Source of the DNA: a virus
DNA: 56,712 nt
Strand: one strand, 5' to 3'
IMG/VR virus record: IMGVR_UViG_3300038701_002640
Location: 1-56,712 of that record
Position numbers and translations under genes: made by a program. Below the pieces are notes generated by a model that worked only from the letters and a program-made list of their open reading frames with translations, searched no databases and was not told the DNA's origin. Positions 24,091 through 32,401 of this stretch are shown here, piece by piece (the stretch's first letter is position 1; each line of letters opens with the position of its first letter).

Positions 24091-25594
24091 GGCTATTAAG
24101 TCTGTAACAAAAGCTGTAAAAGGCGTAGGAAAATCTATATTTGGAGGAGGATCTTCCCCCGGAATGGCAGGAACAGGAAAATTTACAGCTACAAAAAGAA
24201 AGATAGACAAAAACGCATTCAAAATAAAAGAATCTGAAGAAGCTGCCAAACGCGCTAGATCTAAAGAACAAGAATCCGCATCTAGATCTCAACAAGCCCA
24301 AACAGATCGTAGATCTCTTATTCAAGACTTACAAGGTCAAGCAGCTGGCACAGCTCCTAGTCTAGCACAAGCTCAACTTAAATCTGCATCTGAAAGAAAC
24401 TTAGCCCAACAGCTCGCAGCCGCTCAGTCTCAACGTGGAGGAAACGCTGCAGCAACTCAAAGACAACTCATGAGAGGTCAAGCCCAATCAGGTAGAGAAC
24501 TAGCTCAAGACTCAGCAACCGCTAGACTACAAGAACAACAACAAGCTCAACAACTCTTAGCGGATCAAATCTCACAAGAACAACAATTATCGGATCAGCT
24601 AGTTCAAAACTATCTTGCTCAAGGATTTAACATCGAACAAGCCAGGCAACAAGCTCAAGCTGATTTCGAAAAATTATCTACAGACCAGCAAATGGCAGCC
24701 GAAGGTGCAAACCTTTCAGGATTTCAATCTGCAGCAACTCAAAGAGCAGGACTTACAGGCGGTATAATGCAAGGTGTCGGTGCCGCCATGATGTCAGACA
24801 AGAACACAAAAACAAAAATTAAAAAAGCAAAAAATAATGACATTGAAAAAGCTATGAAATCTATGTCTTCAAAAAACACAAAAAAGAACATTAAAAAAAC
24901 AGGAATAAAAGACGAATCTGGAAAACTTAAAAAAGGTGTAGTATCGTCAGGGAAGACCTCTAAAAAAGACTTTACCCGAATCCGATCTAAAAAAACAGAA
25001 GAAGGTCAAAAATCTGAAGAATCTAAAATAAAAAACGAAAAAGGAAAAAAACAATTTGCAGATCTTATGAAAAACCAAGCAGGAACTGGAAAAACTGGAG
25101 CAACAATAGGATACGGTATTGGATCTTTAATAAAAGCTTCAGATACTGAAATAAAAGTCAACAAAAATAAAGTAAAAGATACAGACCTACAAAAACACGT
25201 TAAACCATATCAACCACCAGCGAAAGAAAATAAAGTTGATCCAGCAAAAGCAGCAGCTTTAGCTGAAAAAGCAGGACCAGCCTTAGCAGCAATGTCTGAC
25301 AAAGAAGCAAAAACAGACATCAAAAAGGATTTTCTAGATAAACTACAAGCGTATACATATGAATACAAAGACAAGCACAAGAAAAATCCTATAGCAGGTA
25401 AAGGTACTCACATGTCCGTCATGGCTCAAGATTTAGAAAAAGCTGGACCTTTGGGAAAAAACATGGTATCTGAAAATGAAGAAGGTATAAAAGTAGTAGA
25501 TTACGCAAAAGGCTACGGAGCAATTTTAGCTGCTCAGACTCATTTAAACAAAAGATTAGACGAAATAGAAAAAAAGACTAAAAAGAGGAAATAA
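24083..25594 (+). CDS. Gln/Ala-rich virion protein with a C-terminal peptidase-S74 intramolecular chaperone domain
   Basis: From about 25295: SDKEAKTDIKKDFLDKLQAYTYEYKDK...GTHMSVMAQDLEKAGPLGKNMV...VVDYAKGYGAILAAQTHLNKRLDEIE. This matches the S74 pattern: SDxxxKxxI, the Y-x-Y-K motif, an (I/V)-A-Q-(D/E)-(L/V) segment (VMAQDL here), a V-x-Y segment (VVDY here) and a C-terminal helix. Confidence 0.65.
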   Translation: MSKAIKSVTKAVKGVGKSIFGGGSSPGMAGTGKFTATKRKIDKNAFKIKESEEAAKRARSKEQESASRSQQAQTDRRSLIQDLQGQAAGTAPSLAQAQLKSASERNLAQQLAAAQSQRGGNAAATQRQLMRGQAQSGRELAQDSATARLQEQQQAQQLLADQISQEQQLSDQLVQNYLAQGFNIEQARQQAQADFEKLSTDQQMAAEGANLSGFQSAATQRAGLTGGIMQGVGAAMMSDKNTKTKIKKAKNNDIEKAMKSMSSKNTKKNIKKTGIKDESGKLKKGVVSSGKTSKKDFTRIRSKKTEEGQKSEESKIKNEKGKKQFADLMKNQAGTGKTGATIGYGIGSLIKASDTEIKVNKNKVKDTDLQKHVKPYQPPAKENKVDPAKAAALAEKAGPALAAMSDKEAKTDIKKDFLDKLQAYTYEYKDKHKKNPIAGKGTHMSVMAQDLEKAGPLGKNMVSENEEGIKVVDYAKGYGAILAAQTHLNKRLDEIEKKTKKRK

Positions 25595-25595
25595 A

Positions 25596-27197
25596 ATGGC
25601 TGACAACAATTTCGTAGAACAAAAGCCCGAAAGTCCTATCGATCAGTTCGTAGACGAAGTAGGAATACCCGATACTCCCACAGACGTCAAAGGTCCATCT
25701 ACTCCAGAATCTCAAGAAAGAGCCTCTAAAGAACAAGAGTTTACTTCTCAGATTAAGAAGAAACAACAAGAACAAAAAAGACTAACAAATAAAGAACCTT
25801 CTTTTACTGAAGCCCAACACGCTGTACTGGAGGATTTAAAGACTAGTAAAGAACAACAAGCTCAAAAAGATCTCCAAGCTCAGGCTTTAAAAAATGAACA
25901 AGAGCAAAAAAAAGAACTAGAAATCACAGAAGCCCTTGAAAAATACCAACAAGGAAAAGAATTTGCAGCTCAAGAAGGAATTCCATTTAAAGTTGACGAA
26001 GAGTTCGAAGCCGCAATTGCTCAAAGAGAACAAAGACAGTCTGCAGCTTTAGAAATGCAAGAAAAACAACTTCTTCAAGAAGAGCAAGATCAACAACAAT
26101 TAGAACAAGCCAAAATAGACCAGCAAGCTAAAATAGAAGAAGAGCAGATAAGAAAACAAACTGCATTACAACAAGCTAAATTACAAGCAGACTTAAAACA
26201 AAAAGAAGCATTTCAACAAAGACAGCAAAAACTTCAAGAATCTCTAAGTAGAGAAAACGAAGAACTAAACAGTATAGATCCTAATAGATTTTGGAACAGT
26301 AAATCTACAGGAGAAAAAATAGTAGCTTCCATTGGACTAATACTAGCAGGCGCAGGAGCAGGACTGTCTGGACAACCAAACCAAGCAATACAATTACTAC
26401 AAAAACAAATAGATAACGACATAGAATCTCAAAAATTAACAAATGAACAAAAACTAGCCAAAAAGCAACATGCCCTAAAGCTAGTAGAATTAGACCTAAA
26501 AAAATTAGAATCTAAGACTCAAAATGACCTTAGAAAAACTCAAATAAATAAAATGATCAGTGAAATGCAACAAGGTCAAAAACAACTACAAAATGACCGC
26601 ATGGCAGCTAAAAAACTGGCATCTACAGACGGTCTAACTAGAGAAGAAGTATTTGCACTAGACGATAAGATGCAAAAGAAAATGGTTATCCTCGGAGACG
26701 GTAGATTCAGACCAGCTGTAAATGCAGAGCTAGCTAAAAAACTAAACATGGAAACAATACCTCAAGCTAAAGATTCCATCAGAGGTTTAACAAGACTAAA
26801 TGAAATACTAGACATGCCAATGGCAGAAGCCAATCCAGTTCTCAGAGCTGAGGCAGCTACAATTAAACAAGCCTTAAAAGGTGCCCTAAGACTTGAACTA
26901 TTTGGTCCAGGTGTTATGACTGATTTCGAATCAAAAATGGCTGACAAAATCATCGGAGATCCAACAGCAGTCCTAACTTTTGACGCTAGAGAAAGAGCAA
27001 GATTAAACGCCCTAATGAGCAAAGTCAAACAAGGTACTAGAGATAAAATAAGACAATCAGGTGTAGCACTTCCTAAAACAAGAAATGAAAAAATGCTAGA
27101 CCAATTTACATCTAAAAACAAAAGTATCAAACGACCAGAAGCTATAAACGCTCTTAGAAAACTAGGATACTGGGACGAAAACGAATCTCCATTTTAG
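25596..27197 (+). CDS. Gln/Glu/Lys-rich coiled-coil virion protein with a central TM-like segment (candidate ejection/internal protein)
   Basis: ORF track. Low-complexity coiled coil with hydrophobic IVASIGLILAGAGAGLSG. Confidence 0.5.
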   Translation: MADNNFVEQKPESPIDQFVDEVGIPDTPTDVKGPSTPESQERASKEQEFTSQIKKKQQEQKRLTNKEPSFTEAQHAVLEDLKTSKEQQAQKDLQAQALKNEQEQKKELEITEALEKYQQGKEFAAQEGIPFKVDEEFEAAIAQREQRQSAALEMQEKQLLQEEQDQQQLEQAKIDQQAKIEEEQIRKQTALQQAKLQADLKQKEAFQQRQQKLQESLSRENEELNSIDPNRFWNSKSTGEKIVASIGLILAGAGAGLSGQPNQAIQLLQKQIDNDIESQKLTNEQKLAKKQHALKLVELDLKKLESKTQNDLRKTQINKMISEMQQGQKQLQNDRMAAKKLASTDGLTREEVFALDDKMQKKMVILGDGRFRPAVNAELAKKLNMETIPQAKDSIRGLTRLNEILDMPMAEANPVLRAEAATIKQALKGALRLELFGPGVMTDFESKMADKIIGDPTAVLTFDARERARLNALMSKVKQGTRDKIRQSGVALPKTRNEKMLDQFTSKNKSIKRPEAINALRKLGYWDENESPF

Positions 27198-27208
27198 GAA
27201 TATACTAC

Positions 27209-29566
27209 ATGGCTGATAATAAAACAAAATACAACATTGAAGGTCTTGAAGAAGTCGCAAATGAGTCACTGGCTCAAGCAAAACAAGACGAAGTAACTGA
27301 AGTTCTAACAGATAACCAAATGCAAGAGGTTAATCAAGAAATAGAGCTTGAAAAAGAATACGGAAATGCTCCCATTCGTACAGCTATAGAATCAGGGGTA
27401 TCAGCAGCTACCTTTGGTATCTCAGATCAAGCTATATCTAAATTCGGCGGAGAAGACGCTAAAAAAGCACTTAGAGAACGAAGACAAAGAAACGAAGAAG
27501 CTGCCCTAGTAGGAGAAGTAGCCGGTGTTCTTGGTCCTGCTCTAGCATCCGGAGGAACATCCCTAGCTGCAAAAGTAGGAACATCAGGTATCAAAACAGC
27601 AGCAAAAATAGGAACCGCTGCAGAAAAACTAACCGCTAAACAACTTGCAAAAATAATCAACGAAACAGGAAAAAAGAAACTTGCAAAAGAAGTAATACTA
27701 AAATCTATTCCAAAAACAGCAGGATCAGCAGTAGAAGGTTCCTTTTACGGTATTGGAGAATTAATAAAAGAAGATGCCTTAGGCACTGCAGAGTTTAACG
27801 CAGAAAACCTCATCGCATCAGCTGGCACAGGAGCCATGTTCGGTGGAGCCGCAGGCGGACTCTTTGGATCAGCTCAAGCCCTTATACCAGTTATTAAAAA
27901 TAATAAGCTTGTAGACGTAATAAGTAAAAAAATAAATACAAACGTAGACAAAAGACTAGCCGGTGCCAAACTTGCTAAAATGACTCCATCAGAAATAAAC
28001 AAACTAAAAGACACCAACTGGGGTCAGCAAATATATGACAACATACCAAACTACTTTACTAAAAACTTAAATCTAAAAGTAACCGATAACTTAGATAAAC
28101 TATACAAAAAATCTTCAAGTGAACTAAACAGACTAGGCAACGAAATCGGAGAAACAGCTCTAAAAATAGACGATCTAGCAGCAGGTACAAATCTACTTCC
28201 TACAAAATCTAAAGTAGCTCTTAGAGTTCAAACCGCCCTAGCAGAATTAGAAGAACAATTCTTAAAAAACCCAGACGAAGTAGCCGCCAAAAGCTTAAAC
28301 AAAATAAGAAAAAGAGCAGCCTCATGGGATAAGTGGTTATCAGATAGTACACAACTAAACGCCACAGGAATTAAAGAATTAAAAACTAATTTACAAAAAG
28401 CTGCCAAATGGAACAGATCTATAGATCAAATACCTCTAGACGGAAAACTAGATAGAAAAGTAGCAGAAGCTGTCAGACAAGAGTTCATGGATTTAGCAGA
28501 CAACGTCTCCACACTAGACGCAGACCTAGGCAGTAAGTTAAGAAAACTGAATGTTGACTACGGAACAGGACTAACCTTAACAGATAAATTAAAGAAAGCA
28601 GTAAACAAAGAAGCAACAAAAGATTCCATAGGCTTTAAAGACTTACTAGTAGCTGACATACTATCTGACGTAACCGGAGGCTTCGGAGCTGCCACAGGCG
28701 CAGTAGTAACTAAGAAATTCTTAGAATCTGACTTCAAAAGAAAACTAACACTACTAACTAACATAGAAAAAGCAAATAACAAAGTAACCTCCGGCATCTC
28801 AAAAGGACTAAAAGGATTTTTCTCAAAAGCCAAAACAGCAGCAGTCCCTACATCTACAAAAGTGCTCATGTCTACAAGCTTTGAAATACCAGACGAATCT
28901 GGCAAAACTAGAAAAAAACCTAAAAACAAAAAAGAAGCCTTAAAAAACCTAGCAGATGATCTAAATAAACTTTCTTCAAATCCAGAAGAATTAACAAATT
29001 ACCTAGCTAAAAACTCCCTAAGACTAGAAGGCGTAGCACCGCAGACTGCATCAGCCATGGACACTACACTGTCTTCAGCCATCATGTTCTTAGCTAACAA
29101 GATTCCAAAAAACCAATCTATAGATTCTGGATTATTCAAAAGACCATGGGAACCAAGCTCAATAGAAGTAGCTAAATTCGAACGATACTTAGAAGCTATA
29201 AACAATCCCATGTCAATCATGGAAGATCTACAATCAGGCTCTCTTACTAGAGAATCCGTAGAAGCAGTAAAAGCCGTTTACCCAGACTTATATACTAGAA
29301 TACAACAAGAAGCAATAAACCTTATATCTGAAAACCAAGACGTATCTTACGAAAAAAGACTACAAATAGGAACACTATTAGATATAAACAGTGACGCAAG
29401 CCTACAAGCTTCTAACATCACAGCCTTACAACAAACATTCGCAGATTTAGAACAACAACAAAATGCCGCAAGAAAAGAACAAGATATTAACCCAGAAGCA
29501 GTGCAGAAATCTGACAAACCAGATTCTATTAAATCAGAAACCCAAAAAGTCGCAACAAGAGAGTAA
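27209..29566 (+). CDS. Large virion protein with Ala/Gly-rich hydrophobic segments (candidate ejection/internal or tape-measure-like protein)
   Basis: ORF track. Segments AALVGEVAGVLGPALASGGTSLAA and ASAGTGAMFGGAAGGLFGSAQALIP. Confidence 0.5.
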   Translation: MADNKTKYNIEGLEEVANESLAQAKQDEVTEVLTDNQMQEVNQEIELEKEYGNAPIRTAIESGVSAATFGISDQAISKFGGEDAKKALRERRQRNEEAALVGEVAGVLGPALASGGTSLAAKVGTSGIKTAAKIGTAAEKLTAKQLAKIINETGKKKLAKEVILKSIPKTAGSAVEGSFYGIGELIKEDALGTAEFNAENLIASAGTGAMFGGAAGGLFGSAQALIPVIKNNKLVDVISKKINTNVDKRLAGAKLAKMTPSEINKLKDTNWGQQIYDNIPNYFTKNLNLKVTDNLDKLYKKSSSELNRLGNEIGETALKIDDLAAGTNLLPTKSKVALRVQTALAELEEQFLKNPDEVAAKSLNKIRKRAASWDKWLSDSTQLNATGIKELKTNLQKAAKWNRSIDQIPLDGKLDRKVAEAVRQEFMDLADNVSTLDADLGSKLRKLNVDYGTGLTLTDKLKKAVNKEATKDSIGFKDLLVADILSDVTGGFGAATGAVVTKKFLESDFKRKLTLLTNIEKANNKVTSGISKGLKGFFSKAKTAAVPTSTKVLMSTSFEIPDESGKTRKKPKNKKEALKNLADDLNKLSSNPEELTNYLAKNSLRLEGVAPQTASAMDTTLSSAIMFLANKIPKNQSIDSGLFKRPWEPSSIEVAKFERYLEAINNPMSIMEDLQSGSLTRESVEAVKAVYPDLYTRIQQEAINLISENQDVSYEKRLQIGTLLDINSDASLQASNITALQQTFADLEQQQNAARKEQDINPEAVQKSDKPDSIKSETQKVATRE

Positions 29567-29688
29567 AAACATGACTATTTTAGCAATCGTACTAGTATCC
29601 TTATACCTATGGGAAGCCTTAGATTAGAATAATATAATCACAAGGTAGAACCTAGTGTTACCACACTAACCTAACCGGAGGACTCGCC

Positions 29689-30060
29689 TTGGCAAGAAAA
29701 AACGTAGTTCCAGCCCACAAAATGCTGGATAACATAGACTTAACTAGCACTCAAACCTCAGAATCCACACATACAGCCAATTTAGACAGAGCTTCAGTAT
29801 CCATCGAATGGTCCGGATCTGACGCTGTAGGCACTATTGAATTTGAAGCCAAAAAGGCTAAAAAAGACGTATCTACACCAGAACTAGACTGGACAACCTT
29901 AGACTTCGGAGCTACCATTGACATCACAGGAGCCTCTGGAAATCATGAAATTATCTTTGATGCCTTAGATTTCACAGACTTACGAGTCAAATTCAACTCA
30001 ACATCCGGTACAGTAGGAAACCTTTCTGCAGTATTAACCGCCAAACAAATAGGAGGATAA
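29689..30060 (+). CDS. Hypothetical virion protein (TTG start)
   Basis: ORF track. GGAGG lies 7 nt upstream of the TTG. Confidence 0.5.
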   Translation: MARKNVVPAHKMLDNIDLTSTQTSESTHTANLDRASVSIEWSGSDAVGTIEFEAKKAKKDVSTPELDWTTLDFGATIDITGASGNHEIIFDALDFTDLRVKFNSTSGTVGNLSAVLTAKQIGG

Positions 30061-30063
30061 CCC

Positions 30064-30813
30064 ATGGCTTTATTTAGATACCCAGCCTCTCAAGTATCCA
30101 TCGTAGGCGGTGCCACAGAAGCAAAACAAGACCTTATGATATCAGAACTCGAAGATATCAATACAGAGCTTGATTCTCAATCCACAACTTTAAGCACAAT
30201 TAGCTCAAATACCTCAGATAACGCTACAGAAACTACCCTGGCAGCCTTAGATGCTAAGGTAACTGCAGTAGATACCACAGGAAAAGCCACCGAGGCTAAA
30301 CAAGACTCCATTATAACAGAGCTTCAAGACATCGATGCTAACACAGCCGATAACGCTACAGAAACCACATTATCTGCCCTAAATGCTAAGGTTACAGCTG
30401 TAGACACTACAGGAAAAGCTACCGAAGCAAAACAAGATGATGCAATCACACAGCTTACATCTATTGCATCTGGCGTATCTGACAATGCTACAGAAACTAC
30501 CTTATCAGCTTTAAACGCCAAGGTAACCGCAGTAGATACAACAGATAAATCAACAGCTACAAATCAAGCTACAGCCAATGCTAGTTTATCAAATATCGAA
30601 ACCGATATTAGCAGTCTCCAAGCTCGACTTGCTGGTAACTTAGTTCCAGAGACTTTTGACTACATTGCCCTAACATATGTTGCAGCTGGCAACGGTACTG
30701 GAGAAATAGAAACAGTTACATATAAAACTGGCGGAGCTGCAGGATCTACAGTAGCAACTCTAACTCTAGCTTACGACGCTAGTAATAGAATAAACTCAGT
30801 AACTAGGAGTTAG
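30064..30813 (+). CDS. Fibre-like protein with 44-aa tandem repeats
   Basis: The unit DNATETTL(A/S)AL(D/N)AKVTAVDTTGKATEAKQD is repeated with a 132-nt period. Confidence 0.6.
   Translation: MALFRYPASQVSIVGGATEAKQDLMISELEDINTELDSQSTTLSTISSNTSDNATETTLAALDAKVTAVDTTGKATEAKQDSIITELQDIDANTADNATETTLSALNAKVTAVDTTGKATEAKQDDAITQLTSIASGVSDNATETTLSALNAKVTAVDTTDKSTATNQATANASLSNIETDISSLQARLAGNLVPETFDYIALTYVAAGNGTGEIETVTYKTGGAAGSTVATLTLAYDASNRINSVTRS
30217..30575 (+). repeat. About 2.7 tandem copies of a 132-nt coding repeat
   Basis: Unit starts at 30217, 30349 and 30481 (gataacgctacagaaac...). The copies are diverged mostly at synonymous positions. Confidence 0.8.
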
Positions 30814-30815
30814 AT

Positions 30816-31433
30816 TTGTTTGAGCCTGTACAAATCGATATAAACACTACTAAAAGAGATTCAAAGTGGATATTAATATGCCCCAAATGTCAATATGAGA
30901 GAGAAGGATCTTACTGCCAGGCGAGGAATATTATTAATAAAAAAAGTTCAGGAAAGTGTAAGAAATGCGCCAATGTCAATAACGGAAAAAACTCAAGATT
31001 TCAAAAAGGCACAACTCCTTGGAACAAAGGCAAAAAACATAAAATAGATAGAAGTTACGATAAAAATAAAAAACAAATGGAAACAGTAAACGCATTCGGT
31101 GGACTGGTTTTTACACAAGAAATAAAAAATAAAATGTCAAACAAGAAAAAAGGTTTAAGAGGAGACCAATGTAACAATTGGCAAGATGGAATAAGCATCG
31201 TAAACAGAAAAGAAAGAGCGAAAAAAGAAACAAGAATATGGAGAAAACTAGTACTAAAGAGGGACAACGATACATGTCAAGAGTGCGGTAATAAAGAAAA
31301 TCTTCATGCCCACCACATAAAAAAATGGTCAGATTACCCAGACTTAAGACATGACGTAACCAACGGTATAACACTTTGTAAAGATTGTCATATTAACAAA
31401 CATAAAAGAGGATCTAATGGCATTCAAATTTAA
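30816..31433 (+). CDS. HNH homing-type endonuclease (TTG start)
   Basis: N-terminal zinc-ribbon (CPKCQ...CKKC) and HNH core CQECG...HAHHIKKWSDYPDLRHDVTNGITLCKDCHINKH. AGGAG precedes the TTG. Confidence 0.85.
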   Translation: MFEPVQIDINTTKRDSKWILICPKCQYEREGSYCQARNIINKKSSGKCKKCANVNNGKNSRFQKGTTPWNKGKKHKIDRSYDKNKKQMETVNAFGGLVFTQEIKNKMSNKKKGLRGDQCNNWQDGISIVNRKERAKKETRIWRKLVLKRDNDTCQECGNKENLHAHHIKKWSDYPDLRHDVTNGITLCKDCHINKHKRGSNGIQI

Positions 31434-32361
31434 TTTTTTTACATCGAATTTTGATGACGTAGCGGACGTCGCTGAAAAAATAGAACCATCAAGTACTCCG
31501 GTAACTGACAACTCTATAGTTAGATTTGATTCTACAACTGGAAAACTTGTTCAAGATTCGCAAGTAACCATAGATGACTCCGGTAACATGATTATCACCG
31601 GAGACCTCACAGTCAACGGAACTACTACAACAATAAACACTGCAAATTTAGACGTAGAAGACGCCAACATTAGCGTTAACATTAACGGAAACGATGCAAG
31701 CTCTGAGGGATCAGGACTAACAATTAATCGTACCGGAACAGATGGATCTTTTGTCTACGAAGATGCCCTTACTACTAAGTTTAAAATAGGAGCTCTAGGA
31801 TCTGAAGTAGAAATAGCAGACATTTCAAGTGCTCAAACCTTGACTAATAAAACCATCGATGCTGACAACAATACTATTTCAGACATTGCAAATGCTAACA
31901 TTGCTTCAGCAGCCGCGATAAGCATGTCAAAATTAGAAGCTCTTACAGCCAACAGAGTACCGTTATTAGATGCATCAGGATTTTTAATTTCTTCTAGCAT
32001 TACTAACATAGAACTAGGCTACCTATCAGGAGTAACTTCTTCCATCCAAAGTCAATTAGATGGCAAGGCAGCTATAGCAGATATTTACAGTACAAACTCA
32101 AACTCAGGAGCCTTCTCAGGAGTAAACAATGAAACTCATCTAATAAACACATCTGGAGGAACTGCTACAGTTACTCTACCTGCACCATCTACAGACGTAT
32201 TTATCAGAGTTAAAGATATAAGTGGAAATGCAAACACAAACAATATTACAGTTAACCCAAATGCTGCAGAAACCATAGATGGATCAGCAAGTCTAATATT
32301 AGACTCTGACTACGGATCAGTAGTTTTAGTATCTGACGGCACTAACTGGTTTATATTTTAA
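31417..32361 (+). CDS. Tail fibre protein
   Basis: Fibre-like beta-rich sequence (TGDLTVNGTTTTINTANLDVEDANISVN). Its C-terminal domain is shared with 20073..20729. Confidence 0.6.
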   Translation: MAFKFNFFTSNFDDVADVAEKIEPSSTPVTDNSIVRFDSTTGKLVQDSQVTIDDSGNMIITGDLTVNGTTTTINTANLDVEDANISVNINGNDASSEGSGLTINRTGTDGSFVYEDALTTKFKIGALGSEVEIADISSAQTLTNKTIDADNNTISDIANANIASAAAISMSKLEALTANRVPLLDASGFLISSSITNIELGYLSGVTSSIQSQLDGKAAIADIYSTNSNSGAFSGVNNETHLINTSGGTATVTLPAPSTDVFIRVKDISGNANTNNITVNPNAAETIDGSASLILDSDYGSVVLVSDGTNWFIF

Positions 32362-32401
32362 CCCGACAGTTTTACAACTATAAGCTTACCCAGGAGATAA
32401 C

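Noticed and set aside
10062-29220. Numerous nested or antisense track ORFs inside large genes, e.g. 10062..10301, 11119..11325, 11722..11943, 12871..13370, 13626..14151, 17039..17672, 19419..19857, 20999..21709, 24029..24325, 26234..27130, 27427..29220, and similar ones in polA, nrdJ and the helicase.
   Set aside because: Each lies wholly within, or antisense to, a longer ORF with recognisable motifs or operon context. None has an RBS or recognisable features.
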